From: a virus
Strand: one strand, 5' to 3'
DNA: 64,000 nucleotides
Virus record (IMG/VR): IMGVR_UViG_3300046008_000291
Span: 96,001-160,000 of that record
In this document: positions 39,252 to 49,835 of the stretch, piece after piece
How the letters are laid out: every line of letters starts with the position of its first letter
Numbering within the stretch: position 1 is the first letter of the stretch
Translations under genes and position numbers: made by a program
The notes under the pieces: model-generated
What the model was told of the DNA's origin: nothing
Seen by the model: only the letters and a program-made list of their open reading frames with translations
Database searches by the model: none

Positions 39252-40213
39252 ATACGTATACACTACAATTAGAAAATGATCAGTTGCACAATATTACTCC
39301 ATTTATTAAATTCTGCCGTGATCACGAACATACAGATATTAAGTTAATTGTAAATCAAGAATCACATTGCTTGCAATTTTGTGGAGTGTATGCAATACTC
39401 GATTTATTTACATTTACCTCAGTTACTATTGTCACTGCTAATGCTGTTGAATGCCACGATAGATATAGAATTGTTATTAATTGGGCATATTGGTTAAAAC
39501 AATCTAGAAAATTTAAAACATCAAATGACTATACGTGGAATCAAACAAAAATATTTGGATGTTTTTACGGAAGACCTAGTGCACCTCGGGTTGGCATTGC
39601 AGGCCATTTAGCGCAACATTATAATGACAAAAGTTTATTACAATTAAGATTTAATACAGACAGTGAAGATACACGCAAGTTGGTTGATATACAAAAACTA
39701 TTTGCCTGGGATATAACTGGCGCAGCTAAATTAGATCAGTTGGTGCAAAATAAAGAACAATATTTTCAACCTATACCTGCATACGAGTACACCACTGGTA
39801 GTTACGATTACAATAGTGATCTTAATAACCTATACAAAAATATTTTTGTAGATATTGTAGTCGAAGCTACAACTTTAGGTAATACATTTTATCCTACTGA
39901 AAAGATTGCACGTGCAATATTGTGTAGAAAACCTTTTATTGTCATGGCATCTAAATTTTATCTTGGCTATTTAAAACAAATAGGATTTAAAACGTTTGAT
40001 GAATATTGGCCCGAGCTATATGATAACGCAGATGGTAAAGCACGATATCTTGCTATCTTAGAATTAATTGATCGTCTGGCAAAATTATCAACAGCAGAGT
40101 TGGTAGAGTTAAATATTAAAATGCAACACACTATAGAATATAATCGTCAGTTATTAATAGCTCAACAATATAACAAGCAGGTTACAAGAATCATTCCGCA
40201 TTATGAAAACTAA
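39248..40213 (+). CDS. Glycosyltransferase-like protein (GT10 fucosyltransferase-like motif)
   Basis: VDIVVEAT...FYPTEKIARAILCRKPFIV resembles the GT10 YxTEK motif. Confidence 0.45.
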   Translation: MNTYTLQLENDQLHNITPFIKFCRDHEHTDIKLIVNQESHCLQFCGVYAILDLFTFTSVTIVTANAVECHDRYRIVINWAYWLKQSRKFKTSNDYTWNQTKIFGCFYGRPSAPRVGIAGHLAQHYNDKSLLQLRFNTDSEDTRKLVDIQKLFAWDITGAAKLDQLVQNKEQYFQPIPAYEYTTGSYDYNSDLNNLYKNIFVDIVVEATTLGNTFYPTEKIARAILCRKPFIVMASKFYLGYLKQIGFKTFDEYWPELYDNADGKARYLAILELIDRLAKLSTAELVELNIKMQHTIEYNRQLLIAQQYNKQVTRIIPHYEN

Positions 40214-41597
40214 AAGCGACTTTATGTCAACGGCAGAAGAAATGAAGGACAAGTTAGGTCCTGCACTCTGCTTGGCTAAATGGCAACAGGTAAGTCTACA
40301 CTTGCCTACAGGACTTACTAATAGTTGCTATCATCCACCGTTACATGAAATTGATAGTGCACCGCTAGTGTTTAACCCGGGTGCCTTACACAATACAGCA
40401 CATAAAAAACAACAGCGTAAACTTATGTTAGAGCAACAACGTCCAACAGAATGTAGCTACTGTTGGAGTGCAGAAGACAATAAGCAACTAAGTGATAGAC
40501 ACTATCGTAGTGGTGAGCCATGGGCAGCTGAACACTACGAAACTATAGTAAATGCACCTTGGGATCAAGACGTTGTACCAAGTTATGTTGAAGTAAACTT
40601 CAGTCACGGCTGTAACCTAGCCTGTAGCTATTGCAGTCCACAGTATAGTACAGAGTGGGGCAAAGATATTGACCGATGGGGAGCATATCCTACTAGCACT
40701 CCACACAATGCACCTGAACATTTTGAAGGCAGACGTAAGCCTATTCCTGTACGTGCGGAAAATCCCTATGTAGAAGCATTTTGGCGTTGGTGGCCAGAAC
40801 TGTACGGCAGTTTAAAACACTTCCGTATGACGGGTGGCGAACCCCTGATGGATAAGAATACGCATCGTGTGTTTGATTACATACTTGCCCTGCCTAAGAG
40901 TGATCTACACGTTGACGTAACCAGTAACTTTAGTGTGGATAGTAATCTGTTTAAGAAATACATAGATAAAGTTAAGCAACTATGTGAAGGTGAACGCATT
41001 GAACATTTTATGCAGTATGTTAGCCTAGACACAGGCAACAGCGAGCATGCAGAATATATTCGCGACGGTCTACATTATTTTAGATGTATGTCTTATGCGC
41101 ATCAATTTCTAACTGACATTCCTTATCGCAATAGTCTAACGTTTATTATCACAATGAATAATTTAAACATACTAGGATTGCGACAATTACTTGAATCGAT
41201 ATTAGAGATGCGTAAAAAATACAGTTCGACCTATCAACGTGTATGGTTTGATACACCGTTGTTACGCAGTCCAACATATCAAAGTTTACAAATATTACCA
41301 GCAAGTTATGTTCGCATATTAGAAGATGTTGTTACCTTTATGCGAGCAAATCAGGCAGACGAAACAGCTGATAACTTCGAAGGCTTTAAAGATTATGAAA
41401 TACAACGTATGGAACGTAATGTTGAATGGATGAAACAAGGTTGCGAACTTGCCGCAGACTATGTTACAATACAAAGAGCAGACTTTTATAAGTTCTTCAA
41501 TGAATACGATAAACGCAGAGGATTAATATTTTTGGAAACGTTCCCACAAATGAAAGAGTTTTGGCAGGAGTGCAAATATCATGCCGAAAATAGCTAA
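40203..41597 (+). CDS. Radical SAM protein with N-terminal twitch/SPASM-like domain
   Basis: CNLACSYC, TGGEP; N-terminal LCLAKW...SCYHP and ECSYCW. Confidence 0.9.
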   Translation: MKTKSDFMSTAEEMKDKLGPALCLAKWQQVSLHLPTGLTNSCYHPPLHEIDSAPLVFNPGALHNTAHKKQQRKLMLEQQRPTECSYCWSAEDNKQLSDRHYRSGEPWAAEHYETIVNAPWDQDVVPSYVEVNFSHGCNLACSYCSPQYSTEWGKDIDRWGAYPTSTPHNAPEHFEGRRKPIPVRAENPYVEAFWRWWPELYGSLKHFRMTGGEPLMDKNTHRVFDYILALPKSDLHVDVTSNFSVDSNLFKKYIDKVKQLCEGERIEHFMQYVSLDTGNSEHAEYIRDGLHYFRCMSYAHQFLTDIPYRNSLTFIITMNNLNILGLRQLLESILEMRKKYSSTYQRVWFDTPLLRSPTYQSLQILPASYVRILEDVVTFMRANQADETADNFEGFKDYEIQRMERNVEWMKQGCELAADYVTIQRADFYKFFNEYDKRRGLIFLETFPQMKEFWQECKYHAENS

Positions 41598-42957
41598 CGA
41601 AACAGATTTAGAATATAAGCGCAGAGTAATTGACATTAAGTCAGAATCATTCTGCGCGGCTAAATGGTATAACGCTACTATATGGTTAGGGTCAGGACAG
41701 ACTACCAGCTGTCATCACCCATTGCCGCATGCTATTGACCTAGAAGCAATTAAAACTAATCCCAGTGCTATCCATAACACTCCGCAAAAGAAATTAGAGC
41801 GTAAACAGATGCAGGTAGGTGATCGTCCTAGCGGATGCGAATACTGCTGGAAGATTGAAGACATGTATAAAGATCCTAAGTATGATGGGGTTGATGTACC
41901 AACTCCTATTAGTGATCGTGTGTACAAAACTGTAATTTATAACGATGAGGATTTAAACTATGCATACAATTTACCTTCGGATCAAGATGTTAACCTCCGG
42001 ACTTTGGAAATCGCCTTTGACCGCACTTGTCAGTTTGCTTGTAGCTACTGTAACCCTGCATTTAGCACTACTTGGGTTAAAGACATTCGGAATAACGGTG
42101 CCTACACCGATTTGGTGTCGGATGGACGTAACCACTTTACTCATACTCATGATAGCAATCAATTGTTTAAGCTCGATGAAGTTAATCCTTATGTCGAAGC
42201 GTTCTTCAAATGGTGGGAAACAGACCTGCACAAGACGTTAAAAGAACTGCGCATCACAGGTGGCGAACCGTTAATGTCAGGATACACCTGGCGTCTAATA
42301 GAATGGTTTCAAAAGAACAAAGGACAAAGTACTACACGTCTTGCTATCAATAGTAATTTAGGATTTGAGAAAGATAAATTAGAGAGGTTATTAGATGCTA
42401 CACAAGGTATCGAATTGGATTTGTACACTAGCAATGAATCGTGGGGCCGTCATGCAATGTATATACGTGATGGCTTGGATTGGGATCAATGGGTTAGCAA
42501 TGTACAGTATCTATTGGATAGCAAGAAACTGCGAGGCCTACATGTTATGTGTACCATCAATGCTCTATGCTTACTAAGCCTTACTGATTTGTTATGGATG
42601 ATAGTAAAACTTAAACGCACTTATGGCAAGGATGCAATTAACTTTAGTCTAAACATCTTACGATTCCCTAGTTTCCAAAGTCCGTTGATCTTGCCTATGG
42701 AGATACGTGAACAAATGGCCGAAGACCTACAACAATTTGGCGAAGCGGCACACAGTGAACTACACGAATCTGAATATAATCAATTGACTAGATTGATTGA
42801 GTACTTACAGACTGTAGACAGCCCACACAGTGGAGCACTATCACGTGAGATTTTACAACGTGACTTTAAGAACTTTTATCAGCAATACGACCAGCGGCGT
42901 GGTCTAGACTTTAAATATACATTTACACAATTAGCGGACTGGTACGACACACTATGA
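41581..42957 (+). CDS. Radical SAM protein with N-terminal twitch/SPASM-like domain
   Basis: CQFACSYC, TGGEP; N-terminal FCAAKW...SCHHP and GCEYCW; close paralogue of 40203. Confidence 0.9.
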   Translation: MPKIANETDLEYKRRVIDIKSESFCAAKWYNATIWLGSGQTTSCHHPLPHAIDLEAIKTNPSAIHNTPQKKLERKQMQVGDRPSGCEYCWKIEDMYKDPKYDGVDVPTPISDRVYKTVIYNDEDLNYAYNLPSDQDVNLRTLEIAFDRTCQFACSYCNPAFSTTWVKDIRNNGAYTDLVSDGRNHFTHTHDSNQLFKLDEVNPYVEAFFKWWETDLHKTLKELRITGGEPLMSGYTWRLIEWFQKNKGQSTTRLAINSNLGFEKDKLERLLDATQGIELDLYTSNESWGRHAMYIRDGLDWDQWVSNVQYLLDSKKLRGLHVMCTINALCLLSLTDLLWMIVKLKRTYGKDAINFSLNILRFPSFQSPLILPMEIREQMAEDLQQFGEAAHSELHESEYNQLTRLIEYLQTVDSPHSGALSREILQRDFKNFYQQYDQRRGLDFKYTFTQLADWYDTL

Positions 42958-45512
42958 GCGATGAGCCAAGCAAGAAATTAACAGTACATCATAAAAATCA
43001 CAATTACAATACTCGTAAACCTGTGTATATACATGAAGATGATTTAACAGAAGATCATACATATAAATTAATAGAAAGTAAACATTTCTGTATGATACCA
43101 TGGACACACATGCACAGTATCCCTGACGGTCGTGCATACCCTTGCTGTCTGGGTGAAATGCATTTGCCAATTGGCAACTTTAAAGAAAACACCATGGCCG
43201 AAGTATGGAACGGCACTCCATATAAACAGATGCGCATAAACATGCTTGAAGACAAGCCGAGTAAAGAATGTACTCGTTGTTACGAACAAGAAGACAACGG
43301 GTTCTTTAGTATGCGTAACAGTCAAAACAAAAACTTTGGCCATCATATTGCCCTGGCAGATAAAACTAATGCCGATGGCAGTTTAGATGACTTTAAACTA
43401 CGCTACTATGACATACGCTTCTCTAATCTATGTAACTTCAGTTGCCGCACCTGCGGTAGCTTGTTCAGCAGCAGTTGGTTTGCGGAAGAAACTAAACTGT
43501 TTGGTAAATTAAATCATCCGCAAATTATGTTTTCTGGTAAAGATAAAAATGATATGTGGGAACAGATGCAGGAGCATATTCCGTACCTCGAACAGATATA
43601 CTTTGCTGGTGGCGAACCACTGATCATGGAAGAACACTATCGCATCTTAGAAGAACTAGTGCGTCGTGAAATGTTCCATGTTAGACTAGTCTATAACACA
43701 AACTTTAGTCATATGCGTCTTAAAGATAAGATGGTATTTGAGTATTGGAAACTGTTTGATGTGGTAAGTGTAGGTGCTAGTTTAGATGATTCATATCTTC
43801 GTGGAGAATACATTCGCAAGGGTCAAGACTGGGCAGAAACAGTAGAAAATCGTCGCAAAATGATTGAAATTTGCCCCAATGTTGACTTTTATGTTAGTAG
43901 TACAGTCAGTATACTCAATGCCTGGCATTTAACAGAATTCCATAAAGAATGGGTCGAGCTTGGCCTGATTAAAGCCAAGGATTGGAACGTAAACATTTTA
44001 CAGAGTCCAGAGCGTGATCGTATTGACGTGTTGCCTATACAATTTAAAGATCGTATTAAGCAACGAGTCGAAGAACATATTGCATGGCTAGAACCACAGG
44101 ATCAATTACAGCGAGCAGTGTCCGGTTATCGAGCTATTATCACATTTATGTATCAAGATGATAAGAGTCATTTATTAAAAGAATTCTTTAAGGTCAATGA
44201 TCAAACAGACGAGATGCGTAAGGAAACTTTTGAAGAAGTATTCCCTGAGTATCAAGAGTTGCGTGATCATTTAGGCATTAACAAGACGCATGATAATATC
44301 TGTATGTTACCCTGGGTTAGTATAGAAGCAAGTCCAGTGGGTACAGCTCGTCCATGTTGTCTAGCCAAAGACGAAATTACCAAGAGTGATGGTACTCCGT
44401 ATAAACTTAGAGAAAGTTCATTGGCTGAGATTTATAATAGTGAATACATGCAGGACCTGCGCCAACAATTCCGCCGCGGTGAAAAACCAGCGACGTGTAA
44501 TCGTTGTTGGAGTGAAGAAGATGCTGGTATAGTTAGTAAACGTATCAACAGTAGAATTAGACTTAAAGAGTTTTATCCTATTGTAGACTGGCGTAATGAT
44601 ACACCTGATCAACTATGGTTCATTGATCTTAAACTGGGTAATATTTGTAATCTTAAATGTCGTATCTGCGGCAGTTGGAGCAGTAGTAAATGGGCCAAGG
44701 AAGAAATTGACTACGAAGCTATAAAATATAAAGACGTGGAAGGATATGACCGTAAGCAACACGGAGCATACATGTTCCTACAAGAAGGTACGTGGCCCAG
44801 AGACAATGATATATTTTGGGATAACTTAAAAGCACTACTGCCAAACATTAAGTATTTTGAATTCACTGGTGGTGAACCATTCTTAATTGAAGAACACTTT
44901 AAACTATTGCGTTATGCAGTGGAGCACGGTTACAGTAGTCGTATTGATATACATTACAATACCAACGGCACTGTGTATCCTAACGATGAAGAAGTTGCCC
45001 TATGGAGTAAATTTAGAAATGTTGAAATTGCAGTTAGCATTGACAACACCGAAGCACGTTTTGAATATGAACGTTATGGCGCAGTGTGGGAAGAAGTAAC
45101 AGCCAATGTTGTGAAATTTAATGCCATGCGCACTGATTTAATTGCCACACAGGTCTGCATGACTGTGAACATACAAAATGTTTATTATCTACCTGAACTA
45201 TGTGATTGGGTCAATACCCAGGATTTTGACATGGTGCATTTTAATATGCTACATGACCCACATGTTATGTGTATTAACCGTATGACACCTGCGGCGCAAC
45301 GATTAGTTATAGATCGATTAACTGCTTATCCATTCACAGTTAAACATCGTGTTGAGATCGATAAAATAATTCAGTTTATTGAAAACGGCTCGGGCAGTGA
45401 TGGCACTGAATTCCTACGTAAGATGCAGGAAACTGATCAATACCGTAATCAAAGCATGTTAACCACACATAGAGAAATTGCACTAGCAATGGGATATCAT
45501 GACACCATCTAA
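42954..45512 (+). CDS. Double radical SAM protein (two twitch+rSAM units fused)
   Basis: Unit 1: FCMIPW..PCC, CTRC, CNFSCRTC, GGEP. Unit 2: ICMLPW..PCC, CNRC, CNLKCRIC, GGEP. Confidence 0.9.
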   Translation: MSDEPSKKLTVHHKNHNYNTRKPVYIHEDDLTEDHTYKLIESKHFCMIPWTHMHSIPDGRAYPCCLGEMHLPIGNFKENTMAEVWNGTPYKQMRINMLEDKPSKECTRCYEQEDNGFFSMRNSQNKNFGHHIALADKTNADGSLDDFKLRYYDIRFSNLCNFSCRTCGSLFSSSWFAEETKLFGKLNHPQIMFSGKDKNDMWEQMQEHIPYLEQIYFAGGEPLIMEEHYRILEELVRREMFHVRLVYNTNFSHMRLKDKMVFEYWKLFDVVSVGASLDDSYLRGEYIRKGQDWAETVENRRKMIEICPNVDFYVSSTVSILNAWHLTEFHKEWVELGLIKAKDWNVNILQSPERDRIDVLPIQFKDRIKQRVEEHIAWLEPQDQLQRAVSGYRAIITFMYQDDKSHLLKEFFKVNDQTDEMRKETFEEVFPEYQELRDHLGINKTHDNICMLPWVSIEASPVGTARPCCLAKDEITKSDGTPYKLRESSLAEIYNSEYMQDLRQQFRRGEKPATCNRCWSEEDAGIVSKRINSRIRLKEFYPIVDWRNDTPDQLWFIDLKLGNICNLKCRICGSWSSSKWAKEEIDYEAIKYKDVEGYDRKQHGAYMFLQEGTWPRDNDIFWDNLKALLPNIKYFEFTGGEPFLIEEHFKLLRYAVEHGYSSRIDIHYNTNGTVYPNDEEVALWSKFRNVEIAVSIDNTEARFEYERYGAVWEEVTANVVKFNAMRTDLIATQVCMTVNIQNVYYLPELCDWVNTQDFDMVHFNMLHDPHVMCINRMTPAAQRLVIDRLTAYPFTVKHRVEIDKIIQFIENGSGSDGTEFLRKMQETDQYRNQSMLTTHREIALAMGYHDTI

Positions 45513-46584
45513 TACATTTTGTTCAGCACCATGGATGAATAGGTATATTAATCCTATCGGTGAAATGTCACCTTGTTGTTTTACTACTAATATTGAAACT
45601 GAAGCAGACATAGCAGGTCTTAAACAATCATTTATAGACGGAGAACAAGCCCTAGCTTGTAAGTATTGCTGGCATAACGAACAGCATGCGATGCCTAGCC
45701 CAAGACTTGATTTCAATGCCGCCGCTGGTGGTAAACTATCATTTGATGACGATGTATATTCTACGGCAGAAGTTAATCAGTTGTCGATTAACATAGGCAA
45801 TTATTGTAATGCCGAATGTATCATATGTAATGGTATGTCTAGTAGCAAACGAAATAATTGGTTAAAGCATCATAATAGTAAATTTCATAAAATTCATACT
45901 ATACAACGTGCTAACGATAACATTGATGATTTACCGTACTTGAACATCAAGACGCTGACTTTGCTCGGTGGCGAACCGACTATACATCCATCTACTTATA
46001 AAATTTTAGATTACTATATTAATAAAGGAATCTCAAAAAATATTTCTATTAGTCTAAATACAAATGCAAGTAAATTAGATCCGAGTCTATTAGATAAATT
46101 AAAATTATTTGACATCCTGTCGATTACCCTGAGCATAGACGGCACCGGGTCATATTTTGAATATCAGAGAAGACCAATTAAATGGAAAATTGCAAAACAG
46201 GTAGCCGAACAATGGATGACTGCCGCCGACAATATTGTAATAAATTATGTTGTCACAGCAGTTAGTATATGGGGCTTTAATGAATTTCTCACATGGTTTT
46301 CTACATTGCCACAGTATGTATTAGATAAAAAACCTACGGTAATTTTAACTCCTGTGGGAAATAATCCTTGTTTATCACTAGCTGTATTAAACGACGAACA
46401 ACGAACTAATTGGATTGATCAAGCAACTGATCACCCACTTAAACAACAGATAATTAATATCATTAACTCTACGGTATATGATAAATCATTGTTACCTCAA
46501 CTAGCTGACAAAGTCAAACTTGAAGATACCACGTCGAAAATAAAATTTGCAGATATATTCCCCAATTGGGATTTAAATGGATAA
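45499..46584 (+). CDS. Radical SAM protein with N-terminal twitch/SPASM-like domain
   Basis: FCSAPW..PCC, CKYC, CNAECIIC, LGGEP. Confidence 0.88.
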   Translation: MTPSNTFCSAPWMNRYINPIGEMSPCCFTTNIETEADIAGLKQSFIDGEQALACKYCWHNEQHAMPSPRLDFNAAAGGKLSFDDDVYSTAEVNQLSINIGNYCNAECIICNGMSSSKRNNWLKHHNSKFHKIHTIQRANDNIDDLPYLNIKTLTLLGGEPTIHPSTYKILDYYINKGISKNISISLNTNASKLDPSLLDKLKLFDILSITLSIDGTGSYFEYQRRPIKWKIAKQVAEQWMTAADNIVINYVVTAVSIWGFNEFLTWFSTLPQYVLDKKPTVILTPVGNNPCLSLAVLNDEQRTNWIDQATDHPLKQQIINIINSTVYDKSLLPQLADKVKLEDTTSKIKFADIFPNWDLNG

Positions 46585-47866
46585 ACCGCAAACACTTTGT
46601 CTAGCACCTTGGGTACATACATATCTTAGTCCGCAGACTGAGCGACGTATGTGTTGTGCTAGTCGCGAGCCTGCGCAGAACTTTGAACAGTATATAGATA
46701 CCAAGGCCGGCACTGGTAAGTATATTCCTATTACACTTGAAGAACATTGGAATAGCGAGCACATGAAGTCAGTGCGCCAGCGTATGATGGCAGGTGAAAC
46801 ACTACCTGAGTGCGAAGTGTGCAATGACAAATTGTTAAACACATCCGTTTACCGTAGTTATTTTGATAGCATGTTTGGTCATAAGTATGATAGTATATGG
46901 GACACAACAGACGCAGACGGTGCTACCACAATGCGCCCAGTCAGTTGGGATTATCGATTTAGCAATCTATGTAACTTCAAGTGTCGTATGTGCGGTGATA
47001 TGTTGTCTAGCGCATGGGAAACTGAACAGAGACAACACAACATGATCAACTGGAGTAATCCAAAGAATAATTGGATGCTACCAGAAATAAGAGATCAAAT
47101 ATCAGCATTCCAAGACAATCAAATTGAAAAAGAGTTTGCTGAAGCTGTTGAAAATCATCAAGTAGAAGAAGTATATTGGGTAGGTGGAGAGCCACTAATG
47201 TATGAACAACATTGGCGTTATATGCGACGCATTGTTGAATTAGGAGATGGTAAAAATGTCTATGCTCGTTACAACACAAACCTCAGCCGTGTCACTTACC
47301 GTGGGGCCAATCTGTATACTGATATTCTTAGTGGGCTACGTGATTGGCAGATATGTGCAAGTCTTGATGGTACGCAAGAAATTGGAGAATATATTAGAAC
47401 AGGACTTGACTATAATTCATGGCTTACAAACTTCCGTGAAGGAGTTAGAATTGCAAGTCACAGACGCCAAATGCGAATTGACTTCACTCTCACACTGCCC
47501 GGCATGTTTGAAGTCACAAACATTACCCAGCTTGCTGAAAAAGAAAACGTAGATATCTTGGCTAAGGTTGTTTTTAGCTTTAGCCCTGATATTATCCTTA
47601 GTCCACTTGCACTCCCACGCGAGTTATTACATCCATGGTTAGATGAGCTAATCCCACAAACTTCTGGAGCAATGCAGGATATACTTGTGCAGTTAAAATC
47701 ACGACCAACGTTTGACGAGCAATGGCCCGATATATACAAAGTAAGTCTTGCAGAGGGCAAGGCTCGTGTGCTACGACTAGAAAGTATACGTAATGATACA
47801 CTTACACTAGCAGACATATTAAAAGAGAGACCGGCTGTATATGAATGGTACCAAAACATTGCTTGA
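46577..47866 (+). CDS. Radical SAM protein with N-terminal twitch/SPASM-like domain
   Basis: LCLAPW..MCC, CEVC, CNFKCRMC, VGGEP. Confidence 0.9.
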   Translation: MDKPQTLCLAPWVHTYLSPQTERRMCCASREPAQNFEQYIDTKAGTGKYIPITLEEHWNSEHMKSVRQRMMAGETLPECEVCNDKLLNTSVYRSYFDSMFGHKYDSIWDTTDADGATTMRPVSWDYRFSNLCNFKCRMCGDMLSSAWETEQRQHNMINWSNPKNNWMLPEIRDQISAFQDNQIEKEFAEAVENHQVEEVYWVGGEPLMYEQHWRYMRRIVELGDGKNVYARYNTNLSRVTYRGANLYTDILSGLRDWQICASLDGTQEIGEYIRTGLDYNSWLTNFREGVRIASHRRQMRIDFTLTLPGMFEVTNITQLAEKENVDILAKVVFSFSPDIILSPLALPRELLHPWLDELIPQTSGAMQDILVQLKSRPTFDEQWPDIYKVSLAEGKARVLRLESIRNDTLTLADILKERPAVYEWYQNIA

Positions 47867-48941
47867 TCAACTTGAAATTGATCTAAAGAATGATGCAACA
47901 GGAGAATTACTGACAGTATATATTGATGTATTTGACAGTTCGCTCGGCCGTAAATGGTTATCGGCATTAAACAATCTAATAGAAAAGAACTATCACCTTG
48001 AGAAGAATTTTTGTTTTCATGGATTTGTTGAATCTGAACGTAATGCAGAATATATAACTGATCAAATTAATCAATCAATTGCAGCAATTAATCAGGCAAA
48101 TCTCGGCTATCATATCAACGATCATTTCACGGTGGCTAATACCATAGTGCCGGGAGAGATTGGCGAATTTCTCGAAGGCGGAAAACTAGTACACGATAAA
48201 TTAAATCAACTACATAGATATTTCGAAGATCTGCAGGGAGTTAGCGGTCACATGTCGGGTTATTACAATCAAGCTGATGACAGTACAAAATGGCATATCC
48301 GACAGTTAAATTTATTATGTCACGAATACGAATCTCTAGTACTAAGCATGCGCAAAGCTGTGCATGCACCCGAATGGCGTCGTCCTAGTCAATTGATGTG
48401 TTGGTTAAATGCACCACGCTTTGTATTAGACGCGGACGATTTTGAATTATTTGGAATTGAAAGTTTAAATCGTCCGGCTGGCGGCGTATTTGTAGGAGTT
48501 AATAAAGCTATTGGCAAACATCATTATGAAGTCTTTCGTGATGAAGGCGGTGCAGGCCATAGGATTGATGAATTGACTACATCAGCAATGCGCTCGCAAA
48601 CAGAAGCAGCAGGTGATTTTGATATTGAATGGGCAATTAGTCCGGGCCAGTACGATTGGATGAAAAAAGAATTAGCAGATTTTACTCAATGGTTAATAGA
48701 CAATGGATTCGACCCCGACGATAAATCATTAACTATAGGACACCCACAGGTAGGACAGGTTGATCTACAGCGAACATTCGGATCACAAGACCATAATGTA
48801 ATATGGTCACAACTGGGCCTACATCTAAACGTATATAAGTTGAGAACTAGTCAAGCGTCTGCCATTTATGAATATAATTGGTCAGATTCTGATTATCGAG
48901 ATCAACAGATACTACAGATTAAACGAGGACAAATAGCCTAA
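47841..48941 (+). CDS. Hypothetical protein (366 aa)
   Basis: Long ORF overlapping both neighbours; LNQLHRYFE and LNLLCHEYE His/Glu motifs; no family recognised. Confidence 0.75.
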   Translation: MNGTKTLLDQLEIDLKNDATGELLTVYIDVFDSSLGRKWLSALNNLIEKNYHLEKNFCFHGFVESERNAEYITDQINQSIAAINQANLGYHINDHFTVANTIVPGEIGEFLEGGKLVHDKLNQLHRYFEDLQGVSGHMSGYYNQADDSTKWHIRQLNLLCHEYESLVLSMRKAVHAPEWRRPSQLMCWLNAPRFVLDADDFELFGIESLNRPAGGVFVGVNKAIGKHHYEVFRDEGGAGHRIDELTTSAMRSQTEAAGDFDIEWAISPGQYDWMKKELADFTQWLIDNGFDPDDKSLTIGHPQVGQVDLQRTFGSQDHNVIWSQLGLHLNVYKLRTSQASAIYEYNWSDSDYRDQQILQIKRGQIA

Positions 48942-49759
48942 TGATTTTATTATCCGGCGGCGATAGTTTTACCTATGGTAGTGAACTTGCTGATGGAGTG
49001 TCGCCACATGACCCTAACGGTACAGAACCAGCATACCCGATTGTCAGTCAGAGTACTTTTCCTGCACTACTAGCTCGAGACTTTGGTATGCACTATGAAT
49101 GTGCAGCCTACCCGGGATTTAGTAACAGTGCAATTCGACGTACTGTAATGAATAGCTGTGAAAGTCTGTTAGACGTAGGGTTGGTAATAGTAACATGGAC
49201 ATTTCCTGGTAGATACGAATTTAGATTTGATTATAACACAGGAGAACGATGGGGTAACTGGTATAATTTAAACCCTTGGTCTATAATAGATAATGTAGAA
49301 GACATAAAAAAAGAATTTAAAACTGATAATACAACAATATTACAACATCATACTAATCATTTGCTACGAGCCAAACAAACAGGCACAGCAGATTTTGCTA
49401 AAACATTTTACAAACATGTTGGTTCAACTGCCTATTGGGAAACATACAATTCACTAGTAGAAATAATTATGTTACAGCAATACCTACAGTTAAAAAAGAT
49501 ACCATATATATTTTCCATGGTTGATGAAGCATTGTTAAATAACTGTACATATCTAATGAATGATGAAAATATAATAACATTGTATAATCAACTTGATTTC
49601 GATCGATGGGCAACCTTTCCGAATAATCAAGGATTTTTTACATGGGCTCGAGATTTTAAATATCCATTTGCCACAACTCATCCATTAGAACCAGCGCACA
49701 TTGATGCTGCAAAGTATATTCGGGAGAACTACAATGAATTGGTTAAAGACTTTATATAA
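48941..49759 (+). CDS. SGNH/GDSL-like hydrolase or acyltransferase
   Basis: LSGGDSFTYGSEL, AYPGFSN, VTWT, THPLEPAH. Confidence 0.68.
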   Translation: MILLSGGDSFTYGSELADGVSPHDPNGTEPAYPIVSQSTFPALLARDFGMHYECAAYPGFSNSAIRRTVMNSCESLLDVGLVIVTWTFPGRYEFRFDYNTGERWGNWYNLNPWSIIDNVEDIKKEFKTDNTTILQHHTNHLLRAKQTGTADFAKTFYKHVGSTAYWETYNSLVEIIMLQQYLQLKKIPYIFSMVDEALLNNCTYLMNDENIITLYNQLDFDRWATFPNNQGFFTWARDFKYPFATTHPLEPAHIDAAKYIRENYNELVKDFI

Positions 49760-49835
49760 CAGAATTAAATTAGAAATAACTTATCGTAAAAAATTAAAAG
49801 CATTACGTAAGCGTGATCCATTTATCTATAAGTAA
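49734..49835 (+). CDS. Small basic protein (33 aa) MNWLKTLYNRIKLEITYRKKLKALRKRDPFIYK
   Basis: Manually translated; fills the only gap in the operon, and its TAA overlaps the next ATG (TAATG). Confidence 0.7.
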   Translation: MNWLKTLYNRIKLEITYRKKLKALRKRDPFIYK

